Origin: an uncultured delta proteobacterium
Lineage (GTDB): Bacteria; Desulfobacterota; Binatia; UBA9968
Assembly: GCA_963745835.1 (NCBI GenBank)
Contig: CAVUZH010000022.1
Location: 64,001 to 128,000, forward strand
Reading direction: 5' to 3'
Length of the DNA stretch: 64,000 nt
Shown: piece after piece, positions 19,987-28,722 of the stretch
How positions within the stretch are numbered: the stretch's first letter is position 1
Layout: each line of letters begins with the position of its first letter
Translations under genes and position numbers: made by a program
Notes under the pieces: model-generated
What the model was told of the DNA's origin: nothing
Seen by the model: the letters and a program-made list of their open reading frames with translations, nothing else
Database searches by the model: none

Positions 19987-20976
19987 ATGGGCATGCTGCG
20001 CTTGACCTTGGCCGCGGGCCACTATGATCGGACAGAGGCGCTCCGCGACGGTCGGGTCAAGGCAGAGGGCATCGACTTGACCTACATCATGCTGCGCGTA
20101 GAGGAAATTTTCTGGCGCATGGCTCAGCACCGGGAGTTCGACGCCTCGGAGTTCTCCCTGGGCGGGTATGTAGTGCGCCGCGGGCGGGGAGTAGACGACC
20201 TGGTCGCGATCCCGGTTTTTCCGTCGCGCTTCTTCCGGCAGTCGTGCATCTTCATCCACGAGGGCTCGGCAATCCGCGGCCCGGAGGACCTTCGTGGCAA
20301 GCGGATCGGCGTACCCGAGTACCAGATGACCGCCGCGGTGTGGGCGCGCGGCATCCTGGCAGACGACTACGGGGTGCGCGCGGCCGATGTTGAATGGGTC
20401 CAGGGCGGGCTCGAGGAGCCCGGTCGTATTCCCTTTGAGCCCGCCGAGCCGGCGGGAGTCACGGTGGGCTTCGCGCCCGCGGACCGCTCGCTGGCGCAAA
20501 TGCTCGAGAGCGGAGAGATCGACGCGCTGGTCACGGCCAGGACGCCCTCGACGTATCGCCGTGATGGTACGGCGGTGCGTCGGCTCTTCGAGCACCCGTT
20601 CGAGGTCGAGCGCGCCTATTTCCGCCGGACCGGGATTTTTCCCATCATGCACACCCTGGTGGTCAAGAAAGAGATCCTCGATGCCAATCCCTGGGTGGCA
20701 TTTACCTTGTTCAAGGCGTTCTCGGAGGCCAAGGATCTGGCGATGGCCGACCTGACCCAGACAAGCGCTCTGCCACTCAGTCTACCGTTCCTGGTCGAGC
20801 ACGCCTACCAGACCATGGACCTTATGACCGAAGATTTCTGGCCCTACGGGCTTAAGAGCAATCGGCGCACGCTCGAGACGTTCGTGCGCTACATGCACGA
20901 GCAAGGACTCATTCCTGAGCCGATGCCGGTCGAAACCCTTTTCCCCGACAGCACGCAGCGGACTTTCAGGGTATGA
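19987..20976 (+). CDS. 4,5-dihydroxyphthalate decarboxylase-like protein (SBP fold)
   Basis: YDRT.AL.DG.V, FD.SE.S, PVFPSRFFR, GVPEYQMTA, TGIFPIMH, FWPYG...NR..L. Confidence 0.85.
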   Translation: MGMLRLTLAAGHYDRTEALRDGRVKAEGIDLTYIMLRVEEIFWRMAQHREFDASEFSLGGYVVRRGRGVDDLVAIPVFPSRFFRQSCIFIHEGSAIRGPEDLRGKRIGVPEYQMTAAVWARGILADDYGVRAADVEWVQGGLEEPGRIPFEPAEPAGVTVGFAPADRSLAQMLESGEIDALVTARTPSTYRRDGTAVRRLFEHPFEVERAYFRRTGIFPIMHTLVVKKEILDANPWVAFTLFKAFSEAKDLAMADLTQTSALPLSLPFLVEHAYQTMDLMTEDFWPYGLKSNRRTLETFVRYMHEQGLIPEPMPVETLFPDSTQRTFRV

Positions 20977-21123
20977 CAGAAGCGGGAAGCCAATTGAGGT
21001 CTGACTTTGGAGTCTCCGTTTTTCTTTTGCGACGGTGAGACGACGCCCTCAAACGGATGGAGGAGTGAAGCGGTGAGAAAGTGTGATTGCAGAACCAATT
21101 CAGAGCCGACTTGCTGTTCCTCA

Positions 21124-21291
21124 TCACTTCCGCTCACTGATTTCGAATCCCACGCTGCGTAGCAACGTGACTGTCTCTTCTTCGGTCAGGGTGCGCCCAA
21201 CCTTCTCGTGCTCCCTGATCAGATGCGGCATCATGTCGGGCTTGAGCTCCATCCAATCCGGCACCTTGGCAATTGTGACACCCTCTTCCAT
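21124..21291 (-). CDS. Putative 55-aa small protein
   Basis: RBS ggagggg then MEEGVTIAKVPDWMELKPDMMPHLIREHEKVGRTLTEEETVTLLRSVGFEISERK*; below the ORF-track cutoff. Confidence 0.45.
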   Translation of the reverse strand: MEEGVTIAKVPDWMELKPDMMPHLIREHEKVGRTLTEEETVTLLRSVGFEISERK

Positions 21292-21459
21292 TGTCGCCCC
21301 TCCGATTTCGGCCCAACCGATAAACTGTCTATTTGTCGCACGGCTAGGCGTTTAACTCAGCGCTAAGATTGCTTCTGCTTTCCTATCGAACGGCTCTCCC
21401 GAACTTCTAAGCCCTTGTATGGTGTCCGTCAAATCCCGGCTATGTCAATCTGACGCCGA

Positions 21460-21758
21460 GACCGTGACCGAGGTCTCAGTCCGTGGAGGCACCGCTTTGC
21501 TCATCGGCATCACGCCGCCTGGCGCCCAAGCGATCCTGGATACCAGCCTGTTCATCGGCAGCCGGAGCTTCACCCGCACGAGCGGCGGATACTGCCGACC
21601 GGATCGCGACTTCCCGTTGTTCGTCCGCTGGTATCGCGACGGCAAGCTGAAGTTAGATGAGTGTGACCCGGCGATACGCCTTGGATCAGATCAATGAAGC
21701 GGTTGACGATTTGGAACACGGCCGAATCCTCGGCCGCGCGATTATCACGTACGCATAG
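21460..21758 (+). pseudogene. Degenerate duplicate of the 3' part of the Zn-ADH gene
   Basis: Highly similar to 16329-16616 (GGTALLIGITPPGAQA.LDTSLFIGSRSF...), with frameshifts. Confidence 0.9.
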
Positions 21759-21916
21759 ACCGCATCGCACGAATCGAACGCCACATCGTGATTCAACGAT
21801 GTTGCAATGCAAGACGGACCCCGCATCCGACCCCTTCGCGCCCTTTAGTTCACCTCTACGCCTAGTTCATCCAAGTCTTGCGTTCTGATTTCCTCACCCC
21901 TTCCTCTCGCGACTCA

Positions 21917-23059
21917 TTACGTAACAGTGAGTCCGTAAAAACGCGCTGTGTTATCGACGAGCAGCTTTCGCTTGCTCGCCTCGCTGATATCTTCTCGCTT
22001 GAGAAAGACATCGACCGCGCCGTAGAGCCGATCGCCGTGCGGGATGTCGGAGCCGTACACCCAGCACTCGTCGCCGAACTCTTCGATGGCGAAGGGCAGG
22101 AGTTTTTCGTCAACCTCGAAGCCAAAGTAAATCTGGCCGCGCTCGATGTATTCTTTGGGGAGATGCTTACCAGTATAGCCGCGGTGAAAATCGACTCCGG
22201 CACGCGCGCCGGGAAAGCCGCTGTATTCTTCGATACGCTCCGCTAGCGCCGGGACCCAGGAGCAACCCGCTTCGAGAAAGGCAATCCGCAAATTCGGATA
22301 GCGATCGGCGATCCCTTTCGAGATCACGCGGTGAAAGGCGAACTGCACGGTCAGCCAAAAGGATATTGCCGTCTTGTCGTGATGCGTGTCGTTCACCTCG
22401 CCCAGCGCGCGAAAGCTGTGTCCAGTATGCACCGCCACCGGAAGCCCGCTGTCGTTGGCAGCGGCCCAGATCGGCTCCATGGGCGGATCGTCGATGCGCA
22501 CATCGCCCGTAACGCCGAGCAGCATCACGGCCACCGCTCCCAGTTGCTTGCCGCGCTCGATTTCGCGAACCGATGCCTGCGGATCGACCGGATCGATAAT
22601 CGTGACCCACTTTAAACGGTCGGGACATTGGCTGGCGAGATCGGCGACCCAGCTGTTGTAGGCGCGCATCATGGCCACGGCCAACTGCCGATCGTACGTG
22701 ATTGGATAGGAGAGAAACATCGTGGGATAGATCACCTGAATTTCGGTATTCTCCCGATCCAATTGTTCAAGACGAGCTTTGACCGAGCGCATCTCGGCGC
22801 TTTCGACCGGGTCATGAGGACTGATCCCCGGAGTGACTTTCGCCGCGAGGCCATTCTTGCTCAATGGAAAGCCGGCTTGCTGATAGGGCCCGCTTCGCAC
22901 GGGAAAGGAGCGGGTATCGACCATCCAGTAGAGCGGGCCCTCCGAGCCAGTCTCGATGATGGTTGGTCTTCGGTCCTTCAGTTTAGGATCCCAGTATTTG
23001 TCGGAAAACGTAACTTCCGATTCCGATACATGTCCATCCGCGTCCCACGCCTTAATCAT
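21917..23059 (-). CDS. Amidohydrolase family 2 protein
   Basis: DADGH, VAVH, FLEAGCSW, YGSDIPHGD, DNTARFY. Confidence 0.9.
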   Translation of the reverse strand: MIKAWDADGHVSESEVTFSDKYWDPKLKDRRPTIIETGSEGPLYWMVDTRSFPVRSGPYQQAGFPLSKNGLAAKVTPGISPHDPVESAEMRSVKARLEQLDRENTEIQVIYPTMFLSYPITYDRQLAVAMMRAYNSWVADLASQCPDRLKWVTIIDPVDPQASVREIERGKQLGAVAVMLLGVTGDVRIDDPPMEPIWAAANDSGLPVAVHTGHSFRALGEVNDTHHDKTAISFWLTVQFAFHRVISKGIADRYPNLRIAFLEAGCSWVPALAERIEEYSGFPGARAGVDFHRGYTGKHLPKEYIERGQIYFGFEVDEKLLPFAIEEFGDECWVYGSDIPHGDRLYGAVDVFLKREDISEASKRKLLVDNTARFYGLTVT

Positions 23060-23419
23060 GTGTGCGCCTCTTCATCCAAATTGGTCCTGCAAAAACATTT
23101 CTATGCTAGCTGTACAACGCGCGCTCGTGTGTCTCAAGCTTCGGAAAGTGACACGATTCGCGATTATCTCACTATATCTGGTTGCTTTATCTGGTTGCTT
23201 TCGCTCGCCGCCCCAGAAGCTGCTTCCAATAGCAAGGCTATGCGTACAATCGCGAGCGGAATGTGCGATCCTGGAACTATTCACCTAGTGCCCCGGAGTG
23301 TCCTCCGGAGTCGACATTGGCCGATCCTTTTTTGTGTAGAAAACGATGGTTCGGTTTCAAGGGGGCAAAATCAAAAGCGGCATCAAAAAACTCTTGAAGG
23401 AAGGCAAGCCTGTAAGGGC

Positions 23420-23576
23420 AGCAATACTGCGCGATATCCAGCGGTAAAAAACACATTGCCAGCGCGTTGCTGCGCTGGTCAGATGATAAATCGCACTAGC
23501 AATTCAAGTCGGAGCGGTCTCGTCATAACGGAGTTCCTTTCATCAGGACTGATGTGGCACTACAAGACCTGGCCCC
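23420..23576 (-). pseudogene. RAYT (REP-associated tyrosine transposase) 5' remnant with its left-end REP (23552-23576)
   Basis: Minus strand ggggccaggtcttgtagtgccacat, then ATG 23526 reading MTRPLRLE..AIYHLT.R.NA (frameshifted), the typical RAYT start MARPLRLEF.GA.YH.T.RGN. Confidence 0.7.
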
Positions 23577-23793
23577 AGAGTCCCCTTGGTTTGCGGGCGA
23601 TCTTTTTCAGCGCTCAAGGAAATTTAGTTTATAAACTTCTGTTAAGCCTGTTGTCGTAGTCGTGAAGACCGACATTGCTTCACCATCCTATTGGTTTAGT
23701 TAAATAAAATTAATGTAAGAATAAAAACTGTGTACGGCATTGTGCAAGAGAATTTAAGTTGGTCAAAATTTAATATTACTAATATAAATTTCT

Positions 23794-23837
23794 CCTTCAG
23801 GTTCCCTTCAGGTTTAAAAGCAACGCTTGAGTATAAC
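23794..23837 (+). promoter_or_regulatory. OmpR/QseB-type direct-repeat operator plus -10 box
   Basis: ccttcaggtt at 23794 and 23805 (11-bp period), 17 nt upstream of TATAAC (23832-23837); AT-rich upstream tract. Confidence 0.7.
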
Positions 23838-23851
23838 TTAAGGAGTCTGCG

Positions 23852-24544
23852 TTGCTTAAGCTGAAGCTAAACGAGAACGATCTTTATACGGCAAATCTTT
23901 ACCTGCGGCCTGATTCGGTGGCGCGGATTAGCAAGCTGATGCCTACCGCCATCGATATCACCGCGCGGTGTCAGCCTGAGCGGGGACGGGTGGAGGCATT
24001 TATACGGGCAGTTTATGTCCGAGCCTACAAGGCCGATATTGCCGTATCCTACCCCATATTGATGAGCGTTCGGGATGCCGGCGGTACAATTCTGGCGGCG
24101 GCCGGGTTTCGTTACGCCAAAGAAGAGCCGCTGTTTCTTGAAAACTACACCGGCGCGCCAATTGAACAAGTTCTGCGTACCCCGCGGGAGCGGATTGCCG
24201 AGATCGGCAATCTTGCTTCCGCCGGTGGCGGGGCGTCGATCTTCCTGTTCGCAGCGCTGGCCTCGTATCTCAATTTCAATGGCATCGACTATGCCACCGT
24301 AACCGGCACGGATTACCTGCACCGAACGTTTAAAAAGCTTGGCCTCAACCCGCAAAAAATCTGCGACGCCTCGCTCGAAGCCGTTCAAAGCGACGGCCAG
24401 AACTGGGGAAGTTATTACGACACCAGGCCGCGCGTGTTGGCCGGGTCGGTCCCGCACAGCGTTTCGCGGCTGAAGAAAGCGCTGGGGGCGGAGTACCAGG
24501 ATTGCCGCCCGCGCCTGTTCCCGCGCCTGCATTACAGGACATAG
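23852..24544 (+). CDS. 'Thermostable hemolysin' (delta-VPH) family protein
   Basis: RBS aaggag and TTG; AAAGFR.A..EPLFLE.Y, IAEIGNLA, WGSYYDTRP.V. Confidence 0.88.
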   Translation: MLKLKLNENDLYTANLYLRPDSVARISKLMPTAIDITARCQPERGRVEAFIRAVYVRAYKADIAVSYPILMSVRDAGGTILAAAGFRYAKEEPLFLENYTGAPIEQVLRTPRERIAEIGNLASAGGGASIFLFAALASYLNFNGIDYATVTGTDYLHRTFKKLGLNPQKICDASLEAVQSDGQNWGSYYDTRPRVLAGSVPHSVSRLKKALGAEYQDCRPRLFPRLHYRT

Positions 24545-24547
24545 GAT

Positions 24548-25945
24548 ATGAGCATTATACTTGAAGCCATAAGCAGGCATAAGCCTGATAAAATCGCGCT
24601 GATCGGTGATGACCAGACGCTTACCTATAAAGAGCTGGCGGCGGCGGTTGACGATATTGCCCTTGGACTTGATTCCGTGAAGGTCTTGGGGCTGGCGCTT
24701 GAGAACGGTATCGAATGGGTTTTGTGGGATCTCGCTGCCATAAGAGCGGGAATTGTTTGCGTACCGCTGCCGCCCTTTTTCTCGGCGGAGCAGCGCGATT
24801 ACGTTATTAAGGCTGCCGGGATCAGCCATATCGTAACAGCGGAAGGCATCAGCAACACCGATGCCGCTTATACAAATTCAATTCCTTCCGGCACGGCAAA
24901 AATCACCTTTACTTCCGGTACGACGGGCACACCCAAGGGAGTCTGCCTGTCGAAGGCGGCAATGGACCGGGTGGCGCTGAGTCTGGTCAATACGCTGGGT
25001 GCCGAGATTGCCGCGCGACATTTGTCGGTGCTGCCGCTTTCGGTTCTGCTTGAAAATATTGCGGGGGTTCATGCGACCTTGCTGGCAGCAGGCACTGCCC
25101 ATGTTTGCAGTCCCGGTCATATCGGCATGGGCGATCCGTTTAAGCCCGATTTCGTCCAGCTCGCCCACGCCATAAGCACAGATAAAATTACCGCAGCGAT
25201 CTTGGTGCCGGAACTGCTGCGCGGCCTGATGCAGGCGGTTGCCGGAACGAAGCTTTCTTTGCCCTGCCTTAAATTCCTCGCGGTCGGCGGTTCACGGGTT
25301 GCGCCTGAGCTTGTAACGCAGGCGCGGGCGCTGGGCCTGCCGGTTTATGAAGGCTACGGGCTTTCGGAATGTGCCTCGGTGGTGGCGCTGAATACGCCGG
25401 GGCAGGACAGGCCGGGCACAGTCGGCAGGGTTTTGTCGCATATTGATCTTGCCGTGAAAGACGGTGAAGTCGTCGTTCGCAATCCGGCATTTCTCGGCTA
25501 TCTCGGCAGTCCGCATAAAGGTGAATTTAAAACCGGCGATCTTGGTCACATCGATGAAAATGGCTTTTTGCATATCGAAGGCCGCTGCAAAAATGTTCTG
25601 ATTACTTCTTACGGTCGCAATATCGCGCCGGAGTGGATCGAGAGCCATTTGCTCGCAAGGCCGGAAATCCAGCAGGCCGTCGTTTATGGCGACGCCCGGC
25701 CTTATCTGAGCGCCCTGATCGTATCTGCAACCGAAACAGCCGATATCACGCAGGCCGTGGAAACGGCTAGCAAGGTCCTGCCGGAATACGCGCAGGTCAA
25801 AGACTTTCATCTGGTGCCACCCTTTACGATGCACGACGGCACACTGACCGGCACGGGAAGACCGCGCCGCAAGGCTATTTTCGCCAAGTACCAATCACTT
25901 ATTGCCAAGGAGAGTAACGATGAGCTTCTACGAACGGCTGGTTAA
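24548..25945 (+). CDS. AMP-binding long-chain acyl-CoA ligase-like enzyme
   Basis: FTSGTTGTPKG, YEGYGLSE, TGDLG, GR.KN. Confidence 0.92.
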   Translation: MSIILEAISRHKPDKIALIGDDQTLTYKELAAAVDDIALGLDSVKVLGLALENGIEWVLWDLAAIRAGIVCVPLPPFFSAEQRDYVIKAAGISHIVTAEGISNTDAAYTNSIPSGTAKITFTSGTTGTPKGVCLSKAAMDRVALSLVNTLGAEIAARHLSVLPLSVLLENIAGVHATLLAAGTAHVCSPGHIGMGDPFKPDFVQLAHAISTDKITAAILVPELLRGLMQAVAGTKLSLPCLKFLAVGGSRVAPELVTQARALGLPVYEGYGLSECASVVALNTPGQDRPGTVGRVLSHIDLAVKDGEVVVRNPAFLGYLGSPHKGEFKTGDLGHIDENGFLHIEGRCKNVLITSYGRNIAPEWIESHLLARPEIQQAVVYGDARPYLSALIVSATETADITQAVETASKVLPEYAQVKDFHLVPPFTMHDGTLTGTGRPRRKAIFAKYQSLIAKESNDELLRTAG

Positions 25946-26594
25946 AGAAACCGAAGCGCAGCGACAGGTGCTCTACAACGTCTCGCAGCTTCAGGACGGG
26001 CTGCGCGGCGAGATCGATGTCGACAGCTATATTGCTTACCTGACGCAGGCCTATCATCACGTCAAACACACAGTGCCTTACCTGATGGCGATGGGCGCAC
26101 GGCTGCCCGAAAGCAAGAAATGGCTGCAAGGAGCGATCATCGAATATCTGGAAGAAGAAGTCGGGCATGAGGAGTGGATTCTCAATGACATTGAGGCCGC
26201 AGGCGGCAGCAAGGAAGAGGCGCGCAACGCGACCCCGCATTTGGCCACGCAGGTGATGGTTGCCTACAACTATGATTACATTGTCCGCAAAAACCCGGTC
26301 GGGTTCCTAGGTATGGTTTTCATGCTGGAGAGCACCAGCACCCAGATCGCGACGCATGGCGCAGATGCCGTGAAAAACGGACTGGGCCTGCCCGACAGTG
26401 CCTTTTCCTACCTTTACTCGCACGGGGCGCTCGATCAAAAGCATATGAAATTCTTTGAAAGCCTGATGGCAAAAATCGACGACCCGGCGGACCAGGCAGC
26501 GATTATCGAAGTTGCGCAAAATACGTTTTTGCTTTTTGCCGACGTGTTTCGGTCTATCCCGCACAAGGGCGAGGAAGAGCGTGATGCGGCTTAA
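25920..26594 (+). CDS. Heme-oxygenase-like (TenA/PqqC/CADD-type) iron-containing redox enzyme
   Basis: AYHHVKHTVP, EEVGHEEW, FMLE, HGALDQKH. Confidence 0.85.
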   Translation: MSFYERLVKETEAQRQVLYNVSQLQDGLRGEIDVDSYIAYLTQAYHHVKHTVPYLMAMGARLPESKKWLQGAIIEYLEEEVGHEEWILNDIEAAGGSKEEARNATPHLATQVMVAYNYDYIVRKNPVGFLGMVFMLESTSTQIATHGADAVKNGLGLPDSAFSYLYSHGALDQKHMKFFESLMAKIDDPADQAAIIEVAQNTFLLFADVFRSIPHKGEEERDAA

Positions 26595-27342
26595 AGGCAG
26601 GACAGTATATATAACCGGCGGGACCGGCGGGCTGGGCCGGCCGGTTGTCAGGTTGCTGGAAAAAGAGGGCGCCATCGTCCATCTGCACGACCGTAGCAAG
26701 GATGGCGATCTTGCCGAAAACATCGATGCGCTCTGCAAACGGCTTGCGGCAAATCCGCCGGACATTCTCGTCAACATGGCCGGTATCAACGTGCTCGACT
26801 GGTGCGAAAACCAGAACGCCGAGCAGATTATCGGCATCAATTTGCTAGCGCCGGTTCGTCTCATTCAGGCCGTACTGCCTGGCATGAAAAAACGCGGCAG
26901 CGGCCATATCGTCAATGTCGGCTCGATGACCGGCCTTATTCCGCTTCCCTACTATTCCTGCTACGTGGCGACTAAGGCGGGGCTAAAAGGGTTTAACGAC
27001 GCCCTGCGCCGCGAGCTTTACGATAGTGGCATCGTGTTGACGCATATCGCGCCCCGCGCCGTCCAGACAAACATGAACGAAGGTGCAATCGCCGATTTCA
27101 ACCGGCAAACCCACGTTTATGTCGACAAGGCGGACAAAATCGCCGCGCGCATCCTGCGGGCGATTCTAACACAGGAAAAAGACGTGCGGATCGGCTGGCC
27201 CGAACGGCTTTATGCGTTCGTCAGCTTTTTGCTGCCCGGCGTAATCGACAAGGGGCTTGAAGCCCATCGCGTTGCCGGGAGTGAGGTAATTACCGAATAT
27301 AAAAACAAGGAGAAGAAAGATGAAGAAAACACGGCTGCTTAG
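26584..27342 (+). CDS. Short-chain dehydrogenase/reductase
   Basis: TGGTGGLG, NMAG, catalytic S and YVATK. Confidence 0.92.
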   Translation: MRLKGRTVYITGGTGGLGRPVVRLLEKEGAIVHLHDRSKDGDLAENIDALCKRLAANPPDILVNMAGINVLDWCENQNAEQIIGINLLAPVRLIQAVLPGMKKRGSGHIVNVGSMTGLIPLPYYSCYVATKAGLKGFNDALRRELYDSGIVLTHIAPRAVQTNMNEGAIADFNRQTHVYVDKADKIAARILRAILTQEKDVRIGWPERLYAFVSFLLPGVIDKGLEAHRVAGSEVITEYKNKEKKDEENTAA

Positions 27343-28012
27343 TATGACTCTGGTCCTGAACCTTACCGTTCCCGTCTTTGCGCAGGACTACGGTTATACG
27401 CAACAGGCAACGGCGCCTTCACAGCAACAGCTCGATCCGGTCGCGGAACAAATTGCTTTCCTCCAGCAGGACTGGGCGCGGATCAAATACCAGGTAGCCG
27501 GTGAGGATGCCAAGGTTGACGCCATTCACAAGCTTAAGGACCATGCCGCCAAGGTTAGCGCGGCCTACCCGAACCGGCCGGAAGTCCTGATCTGGGAAGG
27601 CATTATCCTCTCGACCGATGCCGGGATTGTCAAAGGCATCTCCGCTCTTGGCAAAGTTAAAAAAGCCAAGGGCCTGTTTGAAACGGCATTGCGAATAGAT
27701 CCGACAGCACTGGACGGCTCTGCATATACTTCCCTGGGTTCTCTTTATTACCAGGTGCCCGGCTGGCCGATTGGGTTTGGGGACAACGATAAGGCGGAAA
27801 AGAACCTCAAGCAGGCGCTTTCTTTGAATCCCAACGGGATTGACCCAAATTTCTTTTATGGTGATTTTCTGCTTCAGGACGGTCGTTATGATGAGGCGAA
27901 GGCCTATCTGGAACGGGCGCTGCAAGCGCCAGCCCGTCCGGGCCGTGAACTTGCGGATGCCGGGCGCAGGCAGGAAATCAAGGCCGCGCTTGCGCAGGTG
28001 AGGAAAAGATGA
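27320..28012 (+). CDS. Exported TPR protein
   Basis: Signal peptide; GSAYTSLGSLYYQVPGWPIGFGD, NPNGIDPNFFYG, ADAGRRQEI. Confidence 0.85.
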   Translation: MKKTRLLSMTLVLNLTVPVFAQDYGYTQQATAPSQQQLDPVAEQIAFLQQDWARIKYQVAGEDAKVDAIHKLKDHAAKVSAAYPNRPEVLIWEGIILSTDAGIVKGISALGKVKKAKGLFETALRIDPTALDGSAYTSLGSLYYQVPGWPIGFGDNDKAEKNLKQALSLNPNGIDPNFFYGDFLLQDGRYDEAKAYLERALQAPARPGRELADAGRRQEIKAALAQVRKR

Positions 28013-28053
28013 AAGATGGCGGCAGGAAGAGTTATAACCAGTAGACCGGATGA

Positions 28054-28722
28054 ATGCGCATACTCCTTGTCGAAGATGATGCCATGCTTGGCAAAGCCAC
28101 AGCAGAAGGCCTGAAAACGGCCTATGCCGTGGACTGGTGCCAGACGGCAGAGGATGCGCAGGCGGCATTGAAAGCCACGCCTTACGACCTTGTTATCCTC
28201 GATATCGGCCTGCCCGAAAAATCTGGCCTCGATCTGCTGAAAGAGTTGCGGGCGGTTAACGACGACCGCCCGGTCCTTTTCCTGACCGCGAGGGATGCTG
28301 TCCGGCACCGCGTTGAAGGCCTGAATGCCGGAGCTGACGACTATCTTGTTAAGCCGTTTGATCTCGACGAGTTAATCGCCCGCGCCGGGGCGCTGATCCG
28401 CCGTTCGCAGGGGCGCGCCAGTCCGGAAATCAAATGGCGGAATGTTGTCTTTGATCCGGCGGCGAAGCGAGTCTGCAAAGGCCAGGATTTCGTGAAACTC
28501 TCGGGCCGCGAACTCGCGATCTTGCAGGTTCTAATGGAAAATACTGGCCGGGTGCTCAGCAAGGCACAGATCGAAGACCATATCTACGACTGGGATAGCG
28601 GCGAGTTTGAAAGCAATACAGTTGAGGTGCATATCTCGGCACTGCGCCGTAAACTTGGCAAAGACCTGATCCGGACGATCAGGGGGATCGGCTATATGGT
28701 GCCACCGGAAACGGAGGCCTGA
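28054..28722 (+). CDS. OmpR-family response regulator (QseB/PmrA-like)
   Basis: LLVEDD, ILDIGLP, GADDYLVKPF, SNTVEVHIS.LRRK. Confidence 0.95.
   Translation: MRILLVEDDAMLGKATAEGLKTAYAVDWCQTAEDAQAALKATPYDLVILDIGLPEKSGLDLLKELRAVNDDRPVLFLTARDAVRHRVEGLNAGADDYLVKPFDLDELIARAGALIRRSQGRASPEIKWRNVVFDPAAKRVCKGQDFVKLSGRELAILQVLMENTGRVLSKAQIEDHIYDWDSGEFESNTVEVHISALRRKLGKDLIRTIRGIGYMVPPETEA

Noticed and set aside
23852-24544. Interpretation as a virulence toxin
   Set aside because: The family name is historical; there is no signal peptide and the gene context is enzymatic.
22628-24829. Long alternative-strand ORFs 22628-23659 and 23867-24829, and similar shadow ORFs elsewhere
   Set aside because: Antisense to well-supported genes, no recognisable motifs, and expected in GC-rich DNA.
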